Positions 8,368 to 16,755 of a DNA stretch of 32,000 nucleotides are shown here, piece after piece. The first letter of the stretch is position 1, and each line of letters begins with the position of its first letter. The stretch comes from Candidatus Electronema halotolerans (GTDB lineage Bacteria; Desulfobacterota; Desulfobulbia; Desulfobulbales; Desulfobulbaceae). The notes under the pieces are model-generated. The model made no database searches. It saw only the letters and a program-made list of their open reading frames with translations, and had not been told where the DNA came from. The stretch spans positions 2,190,001 to 2,222,000 of the forward strand of contig OW818675.1 of the NCBI GenBank assembly GCA_942493095.1, written 5' to 3'. A program made the translations under genes and the position numbers.

Positions 8368-10169
8368 GTCCAGAGGAGCTGATAGGGATTGTAGTAAAGC
8401 GGCAGGGTCTCCGGCATCTTGAACTTATCGGCAAAAGCCACCCGGTGATAGGCCAAATACCAGTTCGGCACCACATAGTAGCCATACCAGAGCACCCGGT
8501 CCAACGCCTTGCAGGCCGCAGTCAGCTCGTCCTGCGTCTTGGCGTAGATCAGCGAATCCACCAGACTGTCAACAACCGGCGACTTGATCCCTGCCAGATT
8601 GCCGCCGCCGTCCCGATCCGCAGCAGCGGAAGTCCAGTAATTGCGCTGCTCATTGCCCGGCGACTGCGACTGGCCAAAGGTGTTGACAACCATGTCAAAA
8701 GCAAAGCTCCTGATCCGGTCCTGATATAAAGCCGGGTCGATCATCCGATAGGTAGCCTTGATGCCCAGCTTGGCCAGATTCTTGACATAGGGCGCCATGA
8801 CCCGGTCAAAAAAGGCTTGATCAAGAAGAATTTCAAACTCCATCTTGCTGCCGTCCTTGGCGGTCAACACGCCGTCCTTGACCTGCCAGCCCTCCTCGTT
8901 GAGCAGCTTTTTAGCTTGGCGCAGGTTGCCGCGCAGACTGTTGGGCGGAGTCGTGCTTGGCGGAGTGAGCGGAGTCGTGAAGACTTCCGGCGGCATCGCA
9001 TCAGGATATTTCTCAGCCAAGGGTTTGAGCAGCTTCAGCTCGGCCTCGCCGGGCAGGCCGGTGGCAGCCAAGTCCGAGTTGCTGAAATAGGAATTCGCCC
9101 TTGTGTATTGCTTGAAGAACAGGGATTCATTGGTCCATTCAAAATCAAAAGCCAGACCAAGGGCCTGCCGGACTTTGCGGCTCTTGAAGAAAGGCCTCCG
9201 GGTGTTGAAGACAAAGGCCTGCATTCCCGCATTGTTGTGATGAGGAAATTCCTTTTTGATCAGCTTGCCGCTGTCAAAGAGGCGGCCTGTGAGGTCACGC
9301 TGCCACTGCTTGGCCACATTGACCCACATCAGATCAAAATCACCAGCCTTGAAGGCCTCCACGCCAACGACCTGATCCTTGAAATATTTGATCGTGATGG
9401 TGTCAAAGTTGAACATGCCTTTGCGGGCCGGGTGATCCGCAGCCCAGTACTTGGGATTGCGTCTGTAGGTGAGGGTCTTGCCCGGATTGACATCCTTTTT
9501 CTCAAGAATGTACGGCCCGCTCCCGACTGGCGGCAGCATCTGATCACCCTTGCTCCCTTCGCCAAAGCCGTGCTCCTCGTAGAACTTCTTGTTCAGCACC
9601 GGTAGCTGGGCGGCGATCAGATGCAGCTCGCGGTTGACCTTGGCAAAGTTGAAGCGGATTTGCAGCGGCCCCAATATCTCGGCATTGCTGATGTCCTGAA
9701 AATACATCTGATAGAACGGATGGGCCTTGCCGCTCTTGAGCGTGTCCAAGGAGTATTTGACATCCTCGGCTGTGACCGGGTTGCCGTCCGAGAACTTGGC
9801 CTGCTCGTTCAAGGTGAAGGTGACGGACTTTCTGTCCGCTGCCAGCTCAATGTCCTTGGCGATCAGGCCGTAGGCGGCGAACGGCTCGTTCAGGCTGCTG
9901 ACCGCCAGCGGCTCAAAGACCAAGTCATCCAAGCCAAAGGGAGCAATGCCCTTGAGCGTAAAAGGATTCATCTTGTCAAAGCTGCCCAGATCGTGCAGGG
10001 TCAGACTACCGCCCTTTTTTGCCTCTGGCGAAGTGTAGTCAAACTGGGTGAATCCGGGAGGATATTTCAGCTCGCCGTCAATCGAAATTCCGTGCGCGGC
10101 AAGGCTGGCTGACGGGACAAAAAAAGCAAGGGCGGCTGCGAGCAGGCTGGAAAAAACTGTTTTGAGCAT
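8352..10169 (-). CDS. Extracellular solute-binding protein family 5 (oligopeptide/YejA-like)
   Basis: Signal peptide MLKTVFSSLLAAALAFFVPSASLA; GGSLTLHDLGSFDKMNPF and FTLNEQAKFSDGNPVTAEDVKYSLDTL. The ORF is open to 10229, but ATG at 10169 fits the signal peptide better. It overlaps tsaE by 16 nt. Confidence 0.88.
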   Translation of the reverse strand: MLKTVFSSLLAAALAFFVPSASLAAHGISIDGELKYPPGFTQFDYTSPEAKKGGSLTLHDLGSFDKMNPFTLKGIAPFGLDDLVFEPLAVSSLNEPFAAYGLIAKDIELAADRKSVTFTLNEQAKFSDGNPVTAEDVKYSLDTLKSGKAHPFYQMYFQDISNAEILGPLQIRFNFAKVNRELHLIAAQLPVLNKKFYEEHGFGEGSKGDQMLPPVGSGPYILEKKDVNPGKTLTYRRNPKYWAADHPARKGMFNFDTITIKYFKDQVVGVEAFKAGDFDLMWVNVAKQWQRDLTGRLFDSGKLIKKEFPHHNNAGMQAFVFNTRRPFFKSRKVRQALGLAFDFEWTNESLFFKQYTRANSYFSNSDLAATGLPGEAELKLLKPLAEKYPDAMPPEVFTTPLTPPSTTPPNSLRGNLRQAKKLLNEEGWQVKDGVLTAKDGSKMEFEILLDQAFFDRVMAPYVKNLAKLGIKATYRMIDPALYQDRIRSFAFDMVVNTFGQSQSPGNEQRNYWTSAAADRDGGGNLAGIKSPVVDSLVDSLIYAKTQDELTAACKALDRVLWYGYYVVPNWYLAYHRVAFADKFKMPETLPLYYNPYQLLWTWWAK

Positions 10170-10257
10170 GGGCATGATCCGTTGTTGAAGTTGGCAGATT
10201 GCAGTTGCAGTGTCTTGGCAGAATAACACGCCGGAAGGAATGCGGAAAGGAGAGATG

Positions 10258-10280
10258 CAGGGGGCCAGGCACGCCCCCTG
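10258..10280. terminator. Perfect 8-bp stem-loop CAGGGGGC-7nt-GCCCCCTG followed by TTTTT (plus strand)
   Basis: Sequence cagggggccaggcacgccccctgttttt, between the solute-binding protein gene and the Ni/Co transporter duplication. Confidence 0.45.
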
Positions 10281-10291
10281 TTTTTGCAGGC

Positions 10292-10484
10292 TTAGAAGTA
10301 AATGCTTCTGATGGAGTGAAACATGGTGTAGGAGCCGAGGGCAATGATCAGCACTGCGCTGGCAATGCCCATCATTCGGGCAAAGTCAAAATTCTCACTG
10401 ATCCTGTCGGTCAGACGGCGGCTTTGAGAAAGAAGTGCTATCAAGCCGAGACTGAAGAAGAGCATGACTGTCAGAGCTTGGGCT
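10292..10484 (-). pseudogene. Partial duplicate of the 3' end of the NicO/RcnA transporter gene
   Basis: QALTVMLFFSLGLIALLSQSRRLTDRISENFDFARMMGIASAVLIIALGSYTMFHSIRSIYF matches QALTATLFFSLGLGGVMITIGVVLSQSRHLTSRISEHFDFARKMGIVSAVLIIALGSYTMYYSVKNIW in the adjacent gene, minus about 7 residues. Confidence 0.8.
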
Positions 10485-11420
10485 GTACCAGATGTTTTTG
10501 ACTGAATAATACATGGTGTAAGAGCCGAGCGCAATGATCAGCACCGCGCTGACAATGCCCATTTTCCGGGCAAAGTCAAAATGTTCACTGATTCTGCTGG
10601 TCAGGTGGCGGCTTTGGGAGAGGACCACGCCGATGGTGATCATCACTCCGCCCAAACCGAGACTGAAAAAGAGCGTGGCTGTCAGAGCCTGGGCCATCCT
10701 GCCTGTGCCAATGGCAGCCACCAGCGCGGACAGAGCTGCCGGGCAGGGAATGATGCCGCCGGACATGCCGAGCAGCAGCAGCTCCATCTTGTTGGAGCCT
10801 GACTTGGCCACAGCCTTGCCGTGGTTATGGTCATGCTGCGCAGCAGGCTGAGGATGTTTGGCAGCATGTTCATGCGGCTCATGCAGATGATCATGATAGC
10901 CGCCGTCATGTTCATGCGGATGGACATGCGGATGATGATGCTCATGGTCGTGCTCAGGCGGATGCGGATACTCATGCTGATGACCGTGCTCATCCTTGTC
11001 CTCATGGGTGTGGCTGTGGGTGTGGGGATGATGATGCTCATGGCTGTGCGGATGCGGCTGCTCATCATGATGGTGATGGCCGCCAAACAGATGGAAATGG
11101 CCGTGGCCGGAGCCGGAGAGCCGCTGCCGCAGCATCCAGATGCCGACAATCAGAATCAGGCCGGCGGAAACCAGACCCAGCCAGTTGTGGAGTGCTTCGC
11201 TGGAATAGGTTTTCGACAGGAACCAGGCAGCAAGACCCAATAAAATGACGCTGAACGTATGGGTGATAGTGACGATGGTGCCAAGCAGCACGCCGTCCAT
11301 GGCCCGCCCTTTACTGCCGACCATATAGGCCGCAATCAGGGTTTTGCCGTGACCGGGTTCAAAGGCATGCACAGCTCCAACAATGATGGCGTACAGGTAA
11401 ATCGTCAGGGTGGTGGTCAT
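10395..11420 (-). CDS. Nickel/cobalt efflux transporter, NicO/RcnA family, with His-rich cytosolic loop
   Basis: MTTTLTIYLYAIIVGAVHAFEPGHGKTLIAAYMVGSKG, long HHHHDEQPHPHSHEHHHPHTH loop, GMSGGIIPCPAALSALVAAIG. ATG at 11420 is preferred over the ORF-track start at 11564. The C-terminal tail reads out of frame into the downstream duplicate. Confidence 0.88.
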   Translation of the reverse strand: MTTTLTIYLYAIIVGAVHAFEPGHGKTLIAAYMVGSKGRAMDGVLLGTIVTITHTFSVILLGLAAWFLSKTYSSEALHNWLGLVSAGLILIVGIWMLRQRLSGSGHGHFHLFGGHHHHDEQPHPHSHEHHHPHTHSHTHEDKDEHGHQHEYPHPPEHDHEHHHPHVHPHEHDGGYHDHLHEPHEHAAKHPQPAAQHDHNHGKAVAKSGSNKMELLLLGMSGGIIPCPAALSALVAAIGTGRMAQALTATLFFSLGLGGVMITIGVVLSQSRHLTSRISEHFDFARKMGIVSAVLIIALGSYTMYYSVKNIWYSPSSDSHALLQSRLDSTSFSKPPSDRQDQ

Positions 11421-11771
11421 AAAGTCTCCGTCCTTTTTTTGGATTGAAATGTTGCTGCGGTGTTCTTTGTAAAACCATATCACCCTCTGCCCGCGCAATG
11501 GGGTCTGCGCCTCATTTGTCTGGGCAAAACTCCTATGCGTCCGGGCAGGCTGCCTGCTTGCCAAGCGTGATCACAGGAAGGCAGTTTTATAATCTCAAGC
11601 AGTTATTTCATCTCGGCACCGCATGGCGGCAACAGGATAATACAAAAAAATATCTTGTGTGAGTTACATGAGTTAGAAAGACTGACCGCTGTTCTCCCCA
11701 GCCTGCCGTCCGGCAAACTTGACGTGGCAGTGGCAGCAGCAGCACTCACAGCTTGCTGCTCCAATCTGCTC

Positions 11772-12437
11772 TTACCCAACCTTCCGATATTTCAGAATCA
11801 TGCAGGTTGGGTAAATCAGTCCCAGAATGACCTGCTCGCTGGCCGGGAAATCGGTCATTTCCTCCAGCAGCTCAAGCCGGGCCGCTTGCAGCACTGCTGG
11901 ATCAAGGTAATCCATCATGGTGTGGCCCTGCTCGGTCAGCTTGATGGAGCGGTTGAAGATGTAGGACGTGACCAGCCGCTTGGCATAATAATCGGAATTG
12001 CCGTCATTGATGCGGCTTTCCAGCAGATTGCGGAAGGGATGCTTGGCAAGAACCATGATGACCCCGCCGGGTTTGGCGACGCGGATCATCTCCAGCAGCG
12101 TTTTCGGCACATCCTCAGTGTGCTGAATCGCGTAAAAGCTGGTTACAAGGTCAAACCTTTCATCGTCAAAAGGAAGCTGTTCCATCGGGGCTTGGACAAA
12201 GACACCAGACACCTTTTCCTGTGCCATTGCAATCTCTTGTTCAGAGATGTCCACGCCAGAGACCGCAGCTCCTTGAGCAACATAACAGGCTGCATCATGA
12301 CCTGAACCGCAGCCGACATCAAGAATGGCTTTTCCTTGTAAATCCGGCAGGAGTGAATAGAAATACCTCCTCGTCGCCTCCTCCATATCCTCGGTTCCCT
12401 GCGCATATTCCTCTGCAAACTGATCGTAGTTTCCCAT
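11772..12437 (-). CDS. Class I SAM-dependent methyltransferase
   Basis: ILDVGCGSGHDAACYVAQGAAVSGVDISEQ and LPFDDERFDLVTSFYAIQHTEDVPKTLLEMIRVAKPGG. Confidence 0.88.
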   Translation of the reverse strand: MGNYDQFAEEYAQGTEDMEEATRRYFYSLLPDLQGKAILDVGCGSGHDAACYVAQGAAVSGVDISEQEIAMAQEKVSGVFVQAPMEQLPFDDERFDLVTSFYAIQHTEDVPKTLLEMIRVAKPGGVIMVLAKHPFRNLLESRINDGNSDYYAKRLVTSYIFNRSIKLTEQGHTMMDYLDPAVLQAARLELLEEMTDFPASEQVILGLIYPTCMILKYRKVG

Positions 12438-12469
12438 AGTTCTTCAAGAGGCTGAATGTTGCCGGGTGT

Positions 12470-12919
12470 TTAGCTGTTGGTGTTGTTTGTCCCCTTTTTC
12501 GGGCCAGGGCGGAATGCTTTGAGAAAATCAAAAAGATATTGGGCCTGCTCCTTGATTTCCGGGTAGGCGTTTTCAAATTCGCGGATGCGTCGGGAAGCAC
12601 TGTACAGCCCTTCCATGCAGCGGGAGGTGGCTTGCAGCCGCTGGTGATAGACCGACTGGTGCAGCCGTTCCAGCAGTTGTTCAATGGGTTCAAGGCGTTT
12701 GACCTCAGCAATGCCCTGCTCAAGATCAGCCATGACCGCAGGCGCAAGGCGGAGAGTTTCGGCGTGCTCCTGCACCAAGCGGCTGGTGTCGTCCACCATT
12801 GCCTGATAGCCGGGCAGGGCTTTGTGCAGGGCCTGCACGTCCGCGCCATCCAAGGGAGGCGCAAGCTCCACGCCCAGCAGTTCTGCAACTTGTTCGATAG
12901 TGACGTTTTCGTTCGGCAT
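12470..12919 (-). CDS. Hypothetical protein, predicted helical
   Basis: 149 aa with coding-like composition; MPNENVTIEQVAELLGVELAPPLDGADVQALHKALPGYQ... Confidence 0.6.
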   Translation of the reverse strand: MPNENVTIEQVAELLGVELAPPLDGADVQALHKALPGYQAMVDDTSRLVQEHAETLRLAPAVMADLEQGIAEVKRLEPIEQLLERLHQSVYHQRLQATSRCMEGLYSASRRIREFENAYPEIKEQAQYLFDFLKAFRPGPKKGTNNTNS

Positions 12920-12955
12920 TGCAAGTTCTCCCTGTAAGTTGTTTTCGAGATGGAG

Positions 12956-12971
12956 ACAGGTTTAAACCTGT
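12956..12971. promoter_or_regulatory. 16-bp perfect palindrome ACAGGTTTAAACCTGT upstream of the 12919 start
   Basis: Read directly; self-complementary. Confidence 0.35.
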
Positions 12972-13537
12972 GGCTGGCCGCTGTCAAGGGAAAAGAGCGG
13001 GGAAATTTTTAGGCAGGAGGAAGGGCGAGGCTGGGTGGAGGCAGAAGCGGACTTGGAAAAGGCAGGCGGTTTCTGGGTTGGAGGCAGAAAAATGCTGGCT
13101 TGAATCAAGAATTTCCTTTTTTGGAAGAGAATTTATTCGTCTCTGATAAGTTCTCCCCGCCATGCAGACAGCCGACCACGCCGTTCTTGCAGAAAATCTC
13201 CAGCGCATCCGGGCCGACAGCAATTCCCCTTTGCTCATTTTGAAATTTAAGCGGTTCTATGATTTCAAATTGAACCATTACTTCCTCTCCAGAATGCAGG
13301 CCCGGCAAGCTTCACATTGGGGATGAACAACCCACCGTCTTTGACGATTGCATTTACGATCATTTTTTCCCTCTTCAGCAAAGGTTGGCTTAGATTTTAA
13401 TTTTTCGTCTCTTCTTCAATATTCCGCTGAACCTTTCCTTGGCGTTCCAGCATGGCTTCTGTGCGTTTTTGCCAAAATTCAAGCTGCTCCTGCACTGACA
13501 TGCCAGCCCTGTACTCCACCCGCTTTTCTCAAATTCC

Positions 13538-13888
13538 TCAATCAGCTTCTTCACTTCCTCCAGAACCCAAGTCATGGTCACTTAAAGCCCATTTAATCAG
13601 AAATATTATTATTTGAAATATGCTTAACGGTATCAGGACAAAAGCAGAAGCGCAGCATGCAAGCAGCATATACGGAATAATATTTTTTAAAGGTATATTG
13701 ACTTCAAAAATATCATATAAGCTCAATCCCCACCAGATTACAGGAAAGAGAGACAAAGCAACTCCTGCCCCAAATCGGATAAGTGCTTCCCTAAGATTCT
13801 GCACAAAAATCTTATTTCCGGTAATCTGCTGAATTATCACTCCAAAAAAAGTAATAATTATTGCCGTACATCCTATTATGAACAGCAT
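13538..13888 (-). CDS. Hypothetical membrane protein
   Basis: 116 aa with three predicted hydrophobic segments: MLFIIGCTAIIITFFGVIIQQ..., ALIRFGAGVALSLFPVIWWGLSLY, IIPYMLLACCASAFVLIPLSIFQIIIFLI. Confidence 0.5.
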   Translation of the reverse strand: MLFIIGCTAIIITFFGVIIQQITGNKIFVQNLREALIRFGAGVALSLFPVIWWGLSLYDIFEVNIPLKNIIPYMLLACCASAFVLIPLSIFQIIIFLIKWALSDHDLGSGGSEEAD

Positions 13889-13905
13889 AATCAGCCTCCT
13901 ATCTT

Positions 13906-15852
13906 CTATTGCTCCATCTCCTCAATCTTCCCCTGCGCTTCCTCCCAGACCGCATACTGCCGCTCCAGCCGCCGCCGCACCTCATTGTAGTCCTTGCTGA
14001 CCTTGGCCCACTGCGCCTGATCCGCATACAAATCAGGGTCAGCCATCTGCGATTCCAGCTCGATCTTGCGCTCCTCCAACTGCTCAATCTCTTTCTCCGC
14101 CGCCTCAGCTTTTTTCTTCCACGGCCTCAAGACAGCATTGAGCTGCTCCTGCTGCTGGGCGCGCTGCCGCCGTTCCTCCTTGCGATTGACTGATTGCTCT
14201 GCTGCTTTGACGACTGGCTGCGCCTCGACCTTTGCTGCCGCCTCCAGCCGCTGACGAATTGCCAAGTAATCGTCAATATTGCCCTCGTGCAGCACGGCCT
14301 GCTGCTCGCGAATTTCCAGCACCTTGTTGACAAAAGAATTAACAAAGCTGCGGTTGTGCGAGACCACAATGATCGTGCCCTCGTACTGGGCCATGGCCTC
14401 CTGCAAAACCTCCTGCGAGCTGATGTCAAGATGGTTGGTCGGCTCATCAAGCAGCATCAGGTTGGCGGGCTTGACCAGCATTTTTGCCAGCGCGACCCGG
14501 CTTTTCTCGCCGCCGGACAGCACCTGCACCTTTTTATCGACCTCGTCGCCGCTGAAGAGAAACGTGCCCAGCAGCGAGCGCACCTTGGTCACGGTCAGGT
14601 CTTGGGAGCCATGATACACTGTGTCCAAGATGCTGTACTGGCCGTCCAGCTCCTGAGCCTGATGCTGGCCAAAATAGGTCATAATCACGTTATGCCCCTG
14701 CCGAACCGTGCCGCTGTCGGCTGCTTCCAGCCCGGCCATGATTTTCATCAGGGTGGTCTTGCCTGCGCCATTCACACCGACTATGGCCAGCTTGTCGCCC
14801 CGCCGCAGAGTGAAGGAGACATCGCGCAAAATCGTCCTGCCATCAAACTGTTTGCTCACGCCTTCTAATTGCAACACGTCGCGGCCCGAATCAGCAGCAG
14901 GCGGAAAAGAAAAGCGAATCTCCCGTTCGCTCTCAGCCAGCTCAATCCGTTCAATCTTTTCCAACTGCTTGACCCGACTCTGCACCTGCTTGGCCTTGGT
15001 CGATTTGGCCCGGAAGCGGGTGATGAACTGCTCGGCCTGCTTGATCATGGCCTGCTGATTGTCGTAGGCAGCCCGCTCCAGCTCCATGCGCTGGGCCTTT
15101 TCAATCAGATATTGCGAATAGTTGCCTTTATAGGCGGTCAGTCTGCCCAGACTCAGCTCCCAGGTTTTTGTTGTCACCCGATCAAGGAACGAGCGGTCAT
15201 GGGAGATGATCATCATCGCCCCCTGATACTGCTGGAGAAAGTCCTCCATCCACGTCAGCGAGTCCAGATCAAGGTGGTTGGTCGGCTCGTCGAGGAGGAG
15301 CAAGGCGGGCTGGCGCAGGAGCAGCTTGGCTAACAGCAGGCGCATGATCCAGCCGCCGGAGAACTCGGACACTGCTCTGTCCAAATCCGCTTTGGCAAAG
15401 CCAAGGCCGAAGAGAATTCGCTCAATCTGCGGGCGGATGCGGAAGACATCATGCCCGTCGAGCAGATGCTGCAACTCGCCTTGACGTTCGATCAGGGCAG
15501 GCAACTCCGGGCTGTCTTGGCCCAGCTTGGCCAGCTTCTGGCTGATTTCCTCGAACTCTTGCTGCTGCTGCAATGCTTCCGCAAACGCGCTCTCCGCCTC
15601 GTCGTACAAGGTGCGGCTGCCCAGCTCAATGGTGATTTCCTGCGGCAGATAGGCGACAGTGAACCACGAGGCCCGGCTGACCACGCCAGGGTCGCTTTCC
15701 TGCTCGCCGCAGATGATTTTCATCAAGGTCGATTTGCCCGTGCCATTGACCCCGATAAGGCCGATGCGGTCGTTGACGTGAATCTGGGCGGAAACATCAC
15801 GGAACAGATGCTTGTATCCGTGCTGGAGACTGAGATTGCTGATGGTGAGCAT
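13906..15852 (-). CDS. ABC-F family ATP-binding protein (Uup/YheS-like)
   Basis: Two Walker A motifs (GLIGVNGTGKSTLMK, AIVGVNGAGKTTLMK) and two signature/Walker B regions (LLLLDEPTNHLDLDS, LSGGEKSRVALAKMLVKPANLMLLDEPTNHLDI); no TM domain; C-terminal coiled coil. Confidence 0.93.
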   Translation of the reverse strand: MLTISNLSLQHGYKHLFRDVSAQIHVNDRIGLIGVNGTGKSTLMKIICGEQESDPGVVSRASWFTVAYLPQEITIELGSRTLYDEAESAFAEALQQQQEFEEISQKLAKLGQDSPELPALIERQGELQHLLDGHDVFRIRPQIERILFGLGFAKADLDRAVSEFSGGWIMRLLLAKLLLRQPALLLLDEPTNHLDLDSLTWMEDFLQQYQGAMMIISHDRSFLDRVTTKTWELSLGRLTAYKGNYSQYLIEKAQRMELERAAYDNQQAMIKQAEQFITRFRAKSTKAKQVQSRVKQLEKIERIELAESEREIRFSFPPAADSGRDVLQLEGVSKQFDGRTILRDVSFTLRRGDKLAIVGVNGAGKTTLMKIMAGLEAADSGTVRQGHNVIMTYFGQHQAQELDGQYSILDTVYHGSQDLTVTKVRSLLGTFLFSGDEVDKKVQVLSGGEKSRVALAKMLVKPANLMLLDEPTNHLDISSQEVLQEAMAQYEGTIIVVSHNRSFVNSFVNKVLEIREQQAVLHEGNIDDYLAIRQRLEAAAKVEAQPVVKAAEQSVNRKEERRQRAQQQEQLNAVLRPWKKKAEAAEKEIEQLEERKIELESQMADPDLYADQAQWAKVSKDYNEVRRRLERQYAVWEEAQGKIEEMEQ

Positions 15853-16020
15853 GAGGTTGCAGGCGGTCAGGCCGGGTGATTGTTTAACGGTGTTCGCTGC
15901 CGGAGAGAATACTCTGCCTGCCGGAAAATTTCAAAGGGAACTGCGGCAGGCAGCGTGCTGGCTCGTCTGTGTTGTCACCTGCCAATCCTGACAATGGAGG
16001 ACTATTTATTGCTTGCCAGC

Positions 16021-16040
16021 AAAATATAGCCTATATTTTA
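16021..16040. promoter_or_regulatory. AT-rich inverted repeat AAAATATAG-C-CTATATTTT(A), candidate operator or promoter element
   Basis: 9-bp perfect arms about 70 nt upstream of the ATG at 16110, followed by a ggtcgctgcaa direct-repeat pair. Confidence 0.3.
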
Positions 16041-16109
16041 CTGGTCGCTGCAATTGCTGCGGTCGCTGCAAAGTGATCAGCAAACTGAAAAAATTCCAGA
16101 AGGAGGAAT

Positions 16110-16646
16110 GTGATGAGGTTCAAGGTGTTGTTGCTGACTGTTTTTTTGGTGGCTCTGGCGGCTGTTCAAACGCAAGCTGCTGGAAACATCGGAGTTATCA
16201 GGCATATAGGAGATCACGTTGTTCACAGTCCGCCGTTGCAGACCAAAAAGGACCTCTGGCAGATGATGCGGAATCCAAAGGTTTGGCAGGACATGAAGAA
16301 TGCGCTGAAAAGGGCGCAATGCCTGGGAACCAAAACAGGCAGGTGCATTGATCTTGCCGGAGAGATTCATGCCTTGTTTCCAGCCAGCTACGATGCCTTC
16401 AAGGAGCAGAAGGCCGAAGAAATCCGTGATTCTCTCTATGAAAGCGGCTCTGTCATTTTTAATTGGATGATGTACAGGAGCAAAGGCAAGGGGAGAATAA
16501 AAGTGTCCGGGAAAATAAAATGGGGAGGCAATTATGCACTCCCGGCTTATGAGTTTTCCATTCCCTACAAGAATCGCATTTATGTTTTCACCGTGCCCAA
16601 GGAATGCGGCAACTTGGCCTTGGTAAAGAAACTTTGCTTGCCATAA
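16110..16646 (+). CDS. Secreted hypothetical protein
   Basis: 178 aa with N-terminal signal peptide FKVLLLTVFLVALAAVQTQA; RBS-like aaggagg upstream (agaaggaggaatg). Confidence 0.7.
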   Translation: MMRFKVLLLTVFLVALAAVQTQAAGNIGVIRHIGDHVVHSPPLQTKKDLWQMMRNPKVWQDMKNALKRAQCLGTKTGRCIDLAGEIHALFPASYDAFKEQKAEEIRDSLYESGSVIFNWMMYRSKGKGRIKVSGKIKWGGNYALPAYEFSIPYKNRIYVFTVPKECGNLALVKKLCLP

Positions 16647-16652
16647 GTCAGG

Positions 16653-16692
16653 CAATTCATCAACTGCGCATTGCAACGCAGTTGATGAATTG
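16653..16692. repeat. Perfect 16-bp inverted repeat (stem-loop, 8-nt loop) between 16646 stop and the PEP/pyruvate-domain gene
   Basis: caattcatcaactgcg - cattgcaa - cgcagttgatgaattg. Confidence 0.8.
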
Positions 16693-16755
16693 GACAGCAC
16701 AGCCGAATACGGACGCTTCTTCGTGGCAAAAAACTTTCATCCAACGAGGCCCGCC

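Noticed and set aside
10821-11243. Plus-strand Met-rich ORF (MVMVMLRSRLRMFGSMF...)
   Set aside because: Complement of the His-rich loop of the Ni/Co transporter (CAT/CAC codons read as ATG/GTG).
13909-15879. Several plus-strand ORFs (94-224 aa)
   Set aside because: Opposite strand of the ABC-F gene, no protein-like motifs.
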